A program made the position numbers and the translations under genes. The notes below the pieces were generated by a model that was given only the letters and a program-made list of their open reading frames with translations, ran no database searches and was not told where the DNA came from. 32,596 bases of DNA from a virus. Taxonomy: Duplodnaviria > Caudoviricetes. Shown here in pieces: positions 16,551 to 24,932 of the stretch (within the stretch, counting starts at the first letter, position 1; each line of letters starts with the position of its first letter). Where the stretch lies: positions 1 to 32,596 of the IMG/VR virus record IMGVR_UViG_3300044759_000110. One strand, written 5' to 3'.

Positions 16551-17504
16551 ATGCGAGACATGTATTCACGCGACGCACAGCAAAGTGCTTACAACTTTGT
16601 TGTGTCACAAAACACGGCCATCGAAGCGCAGGTGGTCAAGATGCAGTATCCCGAAGTGCAGTATCCGGACCTCGTTCCGGTTGACACTGCAACGGGCAAC
16701 GAGTGGGTGAAATCGATCACGTACTACTCAGCCGATATGGTGGGCCGTGCCGATTGGTTTCATCACACTGCGATGGACGTGCCGCTGGCAGAACTGACCC
16801 GCGATAAATTTGAGCGCGGGATGGAGATGGCAGCCATCGGCTATCGCTACACCCTTGAGGAGGTGGCGCAGGCGATGAACACGCCCGGCCTCAACCTCAC
16901 CGCAGACAAGGCGGTCGCTTGCCGCCGTGCCTACGAGGAGTTCGTTGACGGCGTTGCGCTTCGCGGTTCTGCCGCGAAGAACATGCAGGGGCTGATCAAC
17001 TCGTCGCTCGTCGCTGCAACAACGGCACCGGCGGACGGCACCGCAGGTGGCACCTCGTTCGCCAGCAAGACCAACGATCAGGTCATCCGCGACATCAACA
17101 GCGCGCTGACCGGCATCGCCACCGGTACGAACTGGCTCTACTACGCCGACACTGTCTTGCTTCCGCCAGCGGTGCTGGTCGGCATGGCAGGACGCATCAT
17201 CCAGTACACGCAGATCACGTTGCTGGAATGGATCAAGACCTACAACGTGCTGACGGTGCAGACGGGGCGACCCATCACCATCGCTGGCGTGCGCGGTCTT
17301 GAGACAGCGGGTGCCGGTGGCATCTCGCGCATGGTCGCCTATCGTCGTGATCCGCAGGTTCTCAAGATGTGGATTCCGATGCGCCACAAGTTCTTGCCGG
17401 TGTGGCAGCGCGGCCCGCTGGTGTTCGATGTGCCGGGCATCTTCCGGATCGGCGGCATCGAAATCAGGATGCCCGCAGCGATGCGCTACCTCGACGGCGT
17501 CTGA
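16551..17504 (+). CDS. Major capsid protein, DUF2184 family (HK97 fold)
   Basis: YPEVQYPDLVPV, GYRYTLEE, GLIN, DTVLLPP, RMVAY, GGIEIRMP..MRYLDGV; SD AGGAGG. Confidence 0.9.
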   Translation: MRDMYSRDAQQSAYNFVVSQNTAIEAQVVKMQYPEVQYPDLVPVDTATGNEWVKSITYYSADMVGRADWFHHTAMDVPLAELTRDKFERGMEMAAIGYRYTLEEVAQAMNTPGLNLTADKAVACRRAYEEFVDGVALRGSAAKNMQGLINSSLVAATTAPADGTAGGTSFASKTNDQVIRDINSALTGIATGTNWLYYADTVLLPPAVLVGMAGRIIQYTQITLLEWIKTYNVLTVQTGRPITIAGVRGLETAGAGGISRMVAYRRDPQVLKMWIPMRHKFLPVWQRGPLVFDVPGIFRIGGIEIRMPAAMRYLDGV

Positions 17505-17514
17505 TCCGTCGAGG
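17489..17514 (+). promoter_or_regulatory. 9-bp stem-loop with the MCP stop codon in its loop
   Basis: CCTCGACGG-cgtctgat-CCGTCGAGG; no U-tract follows. Confidence 0.55.
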
Positions 17515-17549
17515 CTCGTTCGTCACATCATCATCAACAGGAGATCAAG

Positions 17550-17879
17550 ATGGCGAAGATTAAGAACACCGGCAGGCAGCCTCGCGGCTTCTTCACTGAC
17601 GAGGGCACCCACGTCGTGGTGCCGCCCGGAGGTGAAGCCGAGTTCAACATGAGCGAGGCGGATTACAAGCACCTCGAAGAACTCGTGAAGATGGAAGACC
17701 CGCCGCTGTACGAGATCAGCGGCGGTCATGGCGGCGTCAAGAAGCTCAACGCGAAGGAGCAACGCGAAGCCGACATCAAGAAGGCGGAGGAGGATGCGAA
17801 GAAGGCATCCGACGCCGCTGCCGCTCACGAGAAGGAAGTGGCGAAGGACGCCAAGGACGCTGAGAAAAAGAAGGCTTGA
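17550..17879 (+). CDS. Hypothetical protein with a Lys/Glu/Ala-rich tail (109 aa)
   Basis: SD AGGAG; small gene directly after the MCP. Confidence 0.75.
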   Translation: MAKIKNTGRQPRGFFTDEGTHVVVPPGGEAEFNMSEADYKHLEELVKMEDPPLYEISGGHGGVKKLNAKEQREADIKKAEEDAKKASDAAAAHEKEVAKDAKDAEKKKA

Positions 17880-17882
17880 TCG

Positions 17883-18344
17883 ATGCCGGTCAACCCGACG
17901 CTGCCACCTACTATCGCGGAATTTCGGGTGATGTTTCCGGAGTTCTCCGAAGTATCAGACGAGATGGTTCAGTTGCGGCTCGACGAGGGCATGCTCTGGG
18001 TCGATGCGTTCTGGTATCCGGTCGATGCAAAGTTCGCCGTGTTGTACGCCGCTGCGCACTACCTCTCGCTCCACGACAAGGCGAGCGGTGGTGAGATCAG
18101 TAGCGGCGAAGAAGGCGGCGGTGGTGGCAGCGTCGTTGATCCGGAGATCGGGAAGGTGTGGATCAAATCGGTTCGCTTCCGCGACCGCTCGATATCCTAC
18201 GAACGTGTCGGCGCGTCTGACGAACAGCAAAGCGGCAGCGGCAGTGAAGCCGCCGCGTCCGCTGAGTTCTGGGAATCGACACCGTACGGTCAGATGTACT
18301 TGTCGTATCGGCGGCGCAACGTGCCTCATGTAGCGGTGATCTGA
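17883..18344 (+). CDS. DUF4054-family head-tail adaptor
   Basis: FRVMFPEF, YAAAHYL, SISY, FWESTPYGQMYL motifs. Confidence 0.85.
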   Translation: MPVNPTLPPTIAEFRVMFPEFSEVSDEMVQLRLDEGMLWVDAFWYPVDAKFAVLYAAAHYLSLHDKASGGEISSGEEGGGGGSVVDPEIGKVWIKSVRFRDRSISYERVGASDEQQSGSGSEAAASAEFWESTPYGQMYLSYRRRNVPHVAVI

Positions 18345-18345
18345 G

Positions 18346-18729
18346 ATGGATTATTCACTGAACGTAAAACGTCAGCGCATGCAGGCTGTGCTCAACGCCA
18401 TCGATGGCGGCAACGGTCCCGGCATCATCGAGCTTCGTGACAGCGAGCGCGTGATCCTCTGCACGCTGTTGCTGCAGCGACCCTCGTTCTATCTGGTCGG
18501 CGAGAACCTGCAGCTATGCGCGCCGACGACAGGCTTCGTTTCCATCGCGGGCGTCGCCAGCATCGGCACCATCAGCGATGGCTCCGGCATCATTGTCGTG
18601 GACGAGATGACGGTCGGCATCGATACGACGCCGGACCAGATTCACGATTATGAAATCGTGCTCGACGACAACGTGCTCGATGTCGGCAAGCAAGTGACGA
18701 TCACGAACGCAACGCTCGAACATGGGTAA
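18346..18729 (+). CDS. Small beta-rich virion protein (127 aa), paralogue of 788..1165
   Basis: Shared pattern D...PG.(L/I), TL....P.F, I.L...V...G.QV(S/T)(L/I)T. Confidence 0.7.
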   Translation: MDYSLNVKRQRMQAVLNAIDGGNGPGIIELRDSERVILCTLLLQRPSFYLVGENLQLCAPTTGFVSIAGVASIGTISDGSGIIVVDEMTVGIDTTPDQIHDYEIVLDDNVLDVGKQVTITNATLEHG

Positions 18730-18823
18730 GTGGACCCGTGATCGCTTCCTCGTCCTGATGGCGATAGCCCTTGCATTCGCAATGGTGATTCTCGTGGTGA
18801 TCTTCAATGGCCCGTCGCACTAG
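18722..18823 (+). CDS. Putative 33-aa single-TM membrane peptide, absent from the ORF track
   Basis: MGKWTRDRFLVLMAIALAFAMVILVVIFNGPSH; fills the 77-nt gap and overlaps both neighbours. Confidence 0.5.
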   Translation: MGKWTRDRFLVLMAIALAFAMVILVVIFNGPSH

Positions 18824-19217
18824 CCGCAAGATACTCGCCGACGACATGATCCCGGTGGATGACGCCGTCGATGATGCGTTCGCCGAACAGGTCGTGCTGC
18901 AGCCGATGCTGACGCAGAAGACCGGCTATCGCGAAGCTGTGCCCGATCCCAATCGCCAGACCGTCATCACGCGCGGCATCTACGATCAATCGCGCGGTGC
19001 CACCGAAGGGACCGGCGGCGGCTTGATGCACAAGCAAGCCATCGTGGACACCTCGCTGTCGATCAGGTGGGAGCCGGTCAGGCAATGCGGGTTGAGGAAA
19101 GGAGATCGCGTTTTCTTTCCTGAGCGCGACGAGCACTACGAGGTGACGTTCATCTACGAGGAGCCCGGCGGTCGTCCCGACGTTCATCTAGTGCGCGTAC
19201 TGGACGAGGTGCCATGA
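18807..19217 (+). CDS. Putative head-closure/head-tail joining protein
   Basis: Position after the adaptor; LRKGDRV...YEV beta-barrel-type motif. Confidence 0.6.
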   Translation: MARRTSRKILADDMIPVDDAVDDAFAEQVVLQPMLTQKTGYREAVPDPNRQTVITRGIYDQSRGATEGTGGGLMHKQAIVDTSLSIRWEPVRQCGLRKGDRVFFPERDEHYEVTFIYEEPGGRPDVHLVRVLDEVP

Positions 19218-20143
19218 GCATCATCCGCATGCTGACACGGCTCACCGCAGTGGCGGCGTTGCGTGGCACGACGTGGGCAGATGATCGCGTGTTCGACAGC
19301 GACAACACGCCGCTCGGTCAGGCGCTGGTGCTGAACGAAGCGGCGAAGCCTTACATCGTCGTCTACACCGACAGCGATAGCCGTGGCGGCGTTGACGGCA
19401 CGAACCTCTATCTCGTGGATCGCGAACTGAACCTCGTCATCGAGATCGGCGTCGCGTCGAAGATCGAGGGCGAGACCGGAGGAGAGACACTGAAGATTCC
19501 GCAGACCGACGAGGGCATGGAGATCGCGCTCGACATGGTCGAGGACCAAGCGCTGGGCTCGTTGTTCGGCAATCCGCAGAACGAGTGGGCCGAGTTGCTG
19601 AAGCACTTCGTCATCAAGGTGGTGCGCGTCAGCGGGCAGCGGGGCGCTGCGGCAGAGCGAGACCGTCGCTGGGCCGCGCGGCAACTGAGCATCATCTGCG
19701 ACGTGCAAGCCGACCTGCCGCCGGGCGTCGAGATACCGGCGAACCATCCGATCAGGAAGTTCATCACGGTCGCGAAAGAGAATCCGGAAGCGCACATGGA
19801 GCACGCTGCAGAGATATGCGAGGCGCTCGTGAGCCGCACGCCAGCGCCGGGCTGGGAGCAATTGCAGGCGTGGCTCGGTCTGCGCCGCGAAGGGCTGCGC
19901 GCCATCGGCAAGGCACCGCTGTCGTCCGACCTGCCAGCGATGGCGACCGGCTACGGCGACGACCTGACCGACACGAAGGGCGAAGCGCCGATCCTGCGCA
20001 AGCTCGGCTACGACGACATCGAAATGCCGGAGGGCATGGAAGAGGTCGGCCTGATCGATGTCGGCGTGATCAGCACCAACGTCGTGGTGATCAAGCCGGA
20101 CGAGAAGAAAGACAAGGTCGTGATCGATGGCAGCGGGGATTAA
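19214..20143 (+). CDS. Putative tail terminator/completion protein (309 aa)
   Basis: Neck position; AALRGTT.A.DRVFDS and PYIVVYTD motifs; ATGA overlap. Confidence 0.55.
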   Translation: MSIIRMLTRLTAVAALRGTTWADDRVFDSDNTPLGQALVLNEAAKPYIVVYTDSDSRGGVDGTNLYLVDRELNLVIEIGVASKIEGETGGETLKIPQTDEGMEIALDMVEDQALGSLFGNPQNEWAELLKHFVIKVVRVSGQRGAAAERDRRWAARQLSIICDVQADLPPGVEIPANHPIRKFITVAKENPEAHMEHAAEICEALVSRTPAPGWEQLQAWLGLRREGLRAIGKAPLSSDLPAMATGYGDDLTDTKGEAPILRKLGYDDIEMPEGMEEVGLIDVGVISTNVVVIKPDEKKDKVVIDGSGD

Positions 20144-20765
20144 ACTCAACATCGACACGTCGGAGCTACTCGATTTCGTCAAGCATCTGCAGAAGGCAGC
20201 GAAGGTCACCAAGCCGATCCTCGCTGTCGGGCTCAACGATGTCGGCGATTCTCTGGTGTCGTTGCTGGCGGTCAACCTGACGAAACAGACCGGGCTGTCG
20301 CTGGAGGAAGTGCGCGGGCTGTTCAAGGTCAAGCGCGCCAAGGTGGCCGACCTCACCTACGACGTGAGTATCGATCCGGCGCTTCTCGAAGACACGGCGC
20401 GCAACCTCGAAGGCGGACGCGAGAGCACCGATTTCGGAAAGATGGACCCGAACCGATTGGTGGTCTGGGTGTCGAAGAACGACGAGTTGGTCTGCATGGA
20501 TTGTGAAGAGATGCAGGCGGCTGGTCCGATGCCTGCGTCGGTCGCCGCGAGTAGGCACCCGAGACACCCGAACTGCCGGTGCATCCTCCTGCCCTATGTG
20601 CAGAAGGGCAAACGTCTGCCGGTGACGATGACGACAGTGACCGGCACCAGCGCGACGAAACGTGGAGGAAGGAAGACCATCGTCGATCAGGATCGAACGC
20701 TGCGCCAACTCGCGCAGGACATCCTCGACAAGACATCGAAGGCGATAAGGATCGAACTGTCATGA
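20127..20765 (+). CDS. Minor tail/neck protein (lambda gpZ-like N-terminus) with a MuF-type CxxC...HPNCRC module
   Basis: GLNDVG...KQTGL...VR N-terminal pattern; VCMDC...HPNCRC; lies directly before baseplate V. Confidence 0.55.
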   Translation: MAAGIKLNIDTSELLDFVKHLQKAAKVTKPILAVGLNDVGDSLVSLLAVNLTKQTGLSLEEVRGLFKVKRAKVADLTYDVSIDPALLEDTARNLEGGRESTDFGKMDPNRLVVWVSKNDELVCMDCEEMQAAGPMPASVAASRHPRHPNCRCILLPYVQKGKRLPVTMTTVTGTSATKRGGRKTIVDQDRTLRQLAQDILDKTSKAIRIELS

Positions 20766-21448
20766 GCGAAGATTACAACAGGCTCCTGCAGGAATTGTCC
20801 GACATGAAACGCCGGATGGCGGACATGCATCAGAACGGCACCGTGCACGAGGTGAAGGGCACGAAGCTGCGGATGTCACTCGGCAAGGACAAGGACGGCA
20901 AGGACATCCTGACGCCGTGGCTCAACACCGCGAACCATCGCGGCGGCGCGACCGAACAGCGCTTCTACAAGAAGGGACAGAACCTTTCCATCGTCTGTCC
21001 CGGCGGCGACATCACGCAGGGGATGATCACGCCGTACGCGCCGAACAAAGAGTTCAAGACGCCGGAGCACGCCGACGGCTCAGGGCAGGACGAGGAGAGC
21101 TATCAGCAAGGTGATTATCGCGGCAAGCAAACCAAAGAAGGTCACGATCACTGGCTGCAGGATGAAGAGAAAGAACAGAGCGGCGGCGGTGGTCAGCAAG
21201 GCGGCGGTGGTGGCGGCAAGCAACAGAAGAAGGGCCACACCGGCGGCGAGAAGGCGAAGGTCAAGAGCCGCATGAACAAGGACGGCGGGCACACGCTGCG
21301 CGTCGGCAAGGATGCTCGCGTCGCCTCACACAAGGAGGGCGCGAAGCTGCGGATGGCGAGCGATTGGGTGGTCGTGAAGAAAGGCCAGATCATTTTCTCG
21401 AAGCCGCCGATTCTGGGGCGCGATCCGATACCGAACGACGACAAGTAA
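20762..21448 (+). CDS. Baseplate assembly protein V / central spike (228 aa)
   Basis: GTVHEV...LTPWL...GQNLSIVCPGGD OB-fold pattern; ATGA overlap. Confidence 0.75.
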   Translation: MSEDYNRLLQELSDMKRRMADMHQNGTVHEVKGTKLRMSLGKDKDGKDILTPWLNTANHRGGATEQRFYKKGQNLSIVCPGGDITQGMITPYAPNKEFKTPEHADGSGQDEESYQQGDYRGKQTKEGHDHWLQDEEKEQSGGGGQQGGGGGGKQQKKGHTGGEKAKVKSRMNKDGGHTLRVGKDARVASHKEGAKLRMASDWVVVKKGQIIFSKPPILGRDPIPNDDK

Positions 21449-21470
21449 TTTGTCTCACGCCGAGACAAAT
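21448..21470 (+). promoter_or_regulatory. Perfect 9-bp stem-loop upstream of an RBS
   Basis: ATTTGTCTC-acgcc-GAGACAAAT followed by CCCTCTTCACCACAGGAG. Confidence 0.6.
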
Positions 21471-21496
21471 CCCTCTTCACCACAGGAGAAGCCACG

Positions 21497-21937
21497 ATGG
21501 CAAAGCACATGGTTATGCAGAAGTACTTCGTCTACGACCCGGGCGTTCACGCTGGTGACGAACTCGGTGGTCTGCGCGTGCACGATGGCGACGACGGGCT
21601 GCACGTTCTCGCCTCGCCGCTGATGATCCAGTACTGGATCGATCAGGGTTTGATCGGCACCGATCCCGTCAGCAAGCTCAAGAACGGCGCGAAGAAATTG
21701 CTCGCGCAGATCACGCGCGGTCGCAGCGAGAGCGACGACGATCCGAAGCGCGTGCCAAGGTACAGCCGCCGCACGCAATCCGGCGCACCGTCGTTTGCCG
21801 CCACGCCTGCATCGGTGCGGCAGAAGGAACGCAACAAGGCGCGCAGAGCCGCCAAGAACGGCAACGGCAAGAACGGCAAGCCTTCGAAGAAGGAAGATCG
21901 CAAGCCGTCCGCTCCGTTCGTCGCACCGGCGGAGTAG
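21497..21937 (+). CDS. Hypothetical protein with a basic C-terminus (146 aa)
   Basis: SD AGGAG; lies between V and W. Confidence 0.7.
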   Translation: MAKHMVMQKYFVYDPGVHAGDELGGLRVHDGDDGLHVLASPLMIQYWIDQGLIGTDPVSKLKNGAKKLLAQITRGRSESDDDPKRVPRYSRRTQSGAPSFAATPASVRQKERNKARRAAKNGNGKNGKPSKKEDRKPSAPFVAPAE

Positions 21938-21940
21938 CGC

Positions 21941-22510
21941 GTGGCTGATTTCGTTTACGATCCGACCTTGGACATGTGGCCTGACCTCAAGTATGGCCGC
22001 ATCGTTCTGAGCCCGACGCGCATCGGCATGGACCGGGTGACCGGCAAAGTGCTGACGGGTTGGGATCACGTCGTTCAGAGCATGCTCCTGATCTTCTCGA
22101 CGAGATTTCACGAGCGTGTTCTGCGGCGCTGGGTCGGCTCGTTCGTCCCGCACATGATCGGCAACAACGCGACCGAACCAACGATCACGAGATTCTACTG
22201 GGCGATAGCAACCGGCCTCGATCTCTGGGAGCCGAACTATCGCATCCAGCGTGTTCGCGTCGGCACGCGCGCGGATGGCTCGTTGCTGTCCTCGTCCGAA
22301 GAGTTGCGCACCGGTCGTCTGACCACGTCGATGGAGGGCACCTATCGTCCTCGCGGTCATCTCGGCAACGACCAGCCGCAGGTGCGTCGCTCCGTCGGTC
22401 TGGTCTCGCAGGGCTACAATCTTTGGGAGCGGCAGCCGGGCTACGTGGTCGGCGCTCCTGCGTACGGTGAAGGCACAACGCCGACCGTTGTACCCGGGAG
22501 CAATTACTGA
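21941..22510 (+). CDS. Baseplate wedge protein, gpW/gp25 family
   Basis: GMDRVTGKVLTGWDHVVQS...ST...RVLRR..GS...WEP. Confidence 0.85.
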   Translation: MADFVYDPTLDMWPDLKYGRIVLSPTRIGMDRVTGKVLTGWDHVVQSMLLIFSTRFHERVLRRWVGSFVPHMIGNNATEPTITRFYWAIATGLDLWEPNYRIQRVRVGTRADGSLLSSSEELRTGRLTTSMEGTYRPRGHLGNDQPQVRRSVGLVSQGYNLWERQPGYVVGAPAYGEGTTPTVVPGSNY

Positions 22511-23445
22511 TGGCGAGCGGACAGGCGCTGACCGATAGATTGACGGAGCGCATCTCCGTCATCCTGCCTGCGAACCTGCAGCCGATGATCGTGCTGGAGA
22601 AGCTCGACGTGGAGACGATCCTTGCGGATCGGATGACACGGCTCAAGCAACTCTGGGCGCTGTACGATCCACCGGCAGCGGCGCAGTACGATGTCGAGAT
22701 GCTTGAGTTTGATCCGATCAAGATCAACCAAGAAGCCAGCACCTACTTCGAACTTCTCGTTCGAGATCGAGTGAACCAAGCGGCGCGCTCGATCACGCTC
22801 GCCTACGCCATCGGCACCGACCTCGATGCAATCGCATCGCGCTATCCCGGCGGCGTGCCGCGTCTGCCGGGCGAGAGCGATGATCGATATCGTCGGCGCA
22901 TCTGGTTGTCGCCGAACACGCTGTCGCCTCACGGCACGGCAGAGGCGTACGAGTTCTGGGCGCTGACCGCGCTCCCTGCACTGCGCGACGTGACGGCGAT
23001 CCGCGCGGTGGCGCACGATTACTACCCGACGATTCTGATCACGTGTCTGATGAACACGAACTACGACGACCCGAAGCCGTCGCAAGAGCAACTCGTTTTC
23101 ATCCGCTCGTACATCCAGAGCCTGTCGCGTCAGGGTCTCACCGATGTGATCTCGGTCAATCCGCCGAAGATCATGGAGATCAACTACAGCGTCGCGGTGT
23201 GGCTCTATCCCGGCACGCTTCCCGATCAGACCATGCTGAAGATCAGCCTGAACCTGAGCGAGCTTGTCACGAACCAGTACTGGCTTGGGCATGATCATTC
23301 GCTCACCGCGATCCACGCGGCGTGCAACGTCAGCGGCGTGCATCACGTCGATGTCGAGGAGCCGACCGACAACGTGATCGTGCCGCTCGATTGGGTCGTG
23401 AAGGTCAAGACGATCAACGTGCGAATGGCCGGGCGTCAACTATGA
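22510..23445 (+). CDS. Baseplate J/gp47-family protein
   Basis: RDRVNQAA, LAYAIGTDLD, ESDDRYRRRI, G...AYEFWA. Confidence 0.9.
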   Translation: MASGQALTDRLTERISVILPANLQPMIVLEKLDVETILADRMTRLKQLWALYDPPAAAQYDVEMLEFDPIKINQEASTYFELLVRDRVNQAARSITLAYAIGTDLDAIASRYPGGVPRLPGESDDRYRRRIWLSPNTLSPHGTAEAYEFWALTALPALRDVTAIRAVAHDYYPTILITCLMNTNYDDPKPSQEQLVFIRSYIQSLSRQGLTDVISVNPPKIMEINYSVAVWLYPGTLPDQTMLKISLNLSELVTNQYWLGHDHSLTAIHAACNVSGVHHVDVEEPTDNVIVPLDWVVKVKTINVRMAGRQL

Positions 23446-24923
23446 GCGACATCGTCACTGAAGGCATCATCCAGTATCCGGGCGCGAAGCTCCTCTATCG
23501 CAACGCGACCGGTCTTGAGAAGGCGATGGCCGACGTTGACGGCGAGCGCTTGATCGGCACCTACGCCGAGATCGTCGCCGATCAGTGGGACCCGTACCGC
23601 ATCAGCTACAACAACCTGCCCTATCTCGGCTACGCGCACGGCGTGATGTTGTGGGAGGACGGCTGGAGCGAGAGCACGCAGCGCGAGTGGATCGCGCGGC
23701 AGTTCGAGTACAAGAGCCTGCGCGGGACGCAAGCCGGAATCGAGATGGCGCTGAACTACAGCGGTCGCGATTTCAGTGGACCTCCCGGCTACACCATCGT
23801 GCAGGCGATCCGTCCGCCGCAATCGTTCTTCGCCTCGCCGTCGCTGAGCAAGGCGGAATACGATTTCTGGATTCACCTGATGCCGGAGTTGCGGATCACC
23901 TTCTATGAAGGGATCGGCTGGGACAGCGAAGAAGTTCTCTTCTCCGACGACGGTGGCTGCAACTGGCACGTCGGGCTCGACGACGGCGAAGCGCTGCACG
24001 GGCGCAAGGCTTTCCTTCGCGTGCGTGGCGTCGATCAGCCGCTGGAGATTTACCAGTTCACCAAGACGATCAACGGCAAGACCTCGATTGATTACGAGCG
24101 CGTGTCGATCCCCGGTCACGGCGGCTTGGCGATGATGTGCGGCGACATCTTCGTCAACGAGGACGACCGCTACGTCTGCGCAGAGAAGATCGTGCCGCAG
24201 CTTGTCACGGTCCGCGTCGATGGCACGTACGACCACGAGCAATCGTTGCTGCATCTCGACACGGTGGTGCCCGGGCTCGACCCTATCGATGTGCGCTACG
24301 AGCGCGACAGCGACATCGGATGGGGCAACAGCTTTCTGTTCGTCAACGATTGGCAGGACAGCCGCAACTTGATCGTGCCGTCGTATCCCGTCGTCGGCGG
24401 TGGCGATCTTGTGGCAGGCGCTGCGACATGCGTGAGCGGATGGACCGCGCACGAAGGCTTCGGGAATCTCGTGGCGCAGCCCACGCAGATAACCAGCACG
24501 AGCCCGCTCTATGGCGATCCGCTCGTGGTCTACGCCGACGCAGGATACGACGCAGCGAGGATGCTGGCTGATCGCATCTTCCTGCACGACCCGGAGATCG
24601 TCGGCGTCATCACCGGCGGCATCTCGTTCGTAGGTGTCGATTACGTTTCGTGGCCCGCGTACACGGCTGATCTCATGATCGCGCTGCGCACGTGGGACAA
24701 GAAGTGGAGTTGGTTCGCTGACGAAGGTTATCTGCACGACGACAACTACTTCGCAAGCGCGCCTGACCTTGATGATTTCGACCGTAGCAATCGCGCGGTC
24801 GTCACCTCGCAGGCGCTGCGGGATCGAGTGCGCGTTGCTTACGATCCGACACGCTTGATCGAACTACGCGAACGCGCTTGGCCCGAAACCACAATAGATC
24901 AGCAAGTGCCGAACTTGCTCTAG
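23442..24923 (+). CDS. Baseplate/tail protein I (P2 gpI-like), C-terminally extended (493 aa)
   Basis: NATGLEKA, WDP...LPYL, W...W.E..QR, RGT..GIE.AL; follows J. Confidence 0.8.
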   Translation: MSDIVTEGIIQYPGAKLLYRNATGLEKAMADVDGERLIGTYAEIVADQWDPYRISYNNLPYLGYAHGVMLWEDGWSESTQREWIARQFEYKSLRGTQAGIEMALNYSGRDFSGPPGYTIVQAIRPPQSFFASPSLSKAEYDFWIHLMPELRITFYEGIGWDSEEVLFSDDGGCNWHVGLDDGEALHGRKAFLRVRGVDQPLEIYQFTKTINGKTSIDYERVSIPGHGGLAMMCGDIFVNEDDRYVCAEKIVPQLVTVRVDGTYDHEQSLLHLDTVVPGLDPIDVRYERDSDIGWGNSFLFVNDWQDSRNLIVPSYPVVGGGDLVAGAATCVSGWTAHEGFGNLVAQPTQITSTSPLYGDPLVVYADAGYDAARMLADRIFLHDPEIVGVITGGISFVGVDYVSWPAYTADLMIALRTWDKKWSWFADEGYLHDDNYFASAPDLDDFDRSNRAVVTSQALRDRVRVAYDPTRLIELRERAWPETTIDQQVPNLL

Positions 24924-24932
24924 GAGAGACAA

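Noticed and set aside
16551-17504. Encapsulin, tailocin or eCIS interpretation
   Set aside because: Protease/scaffold, decoration, adaptor, neck and a full tail are all present, which indicates a complete phage virion module
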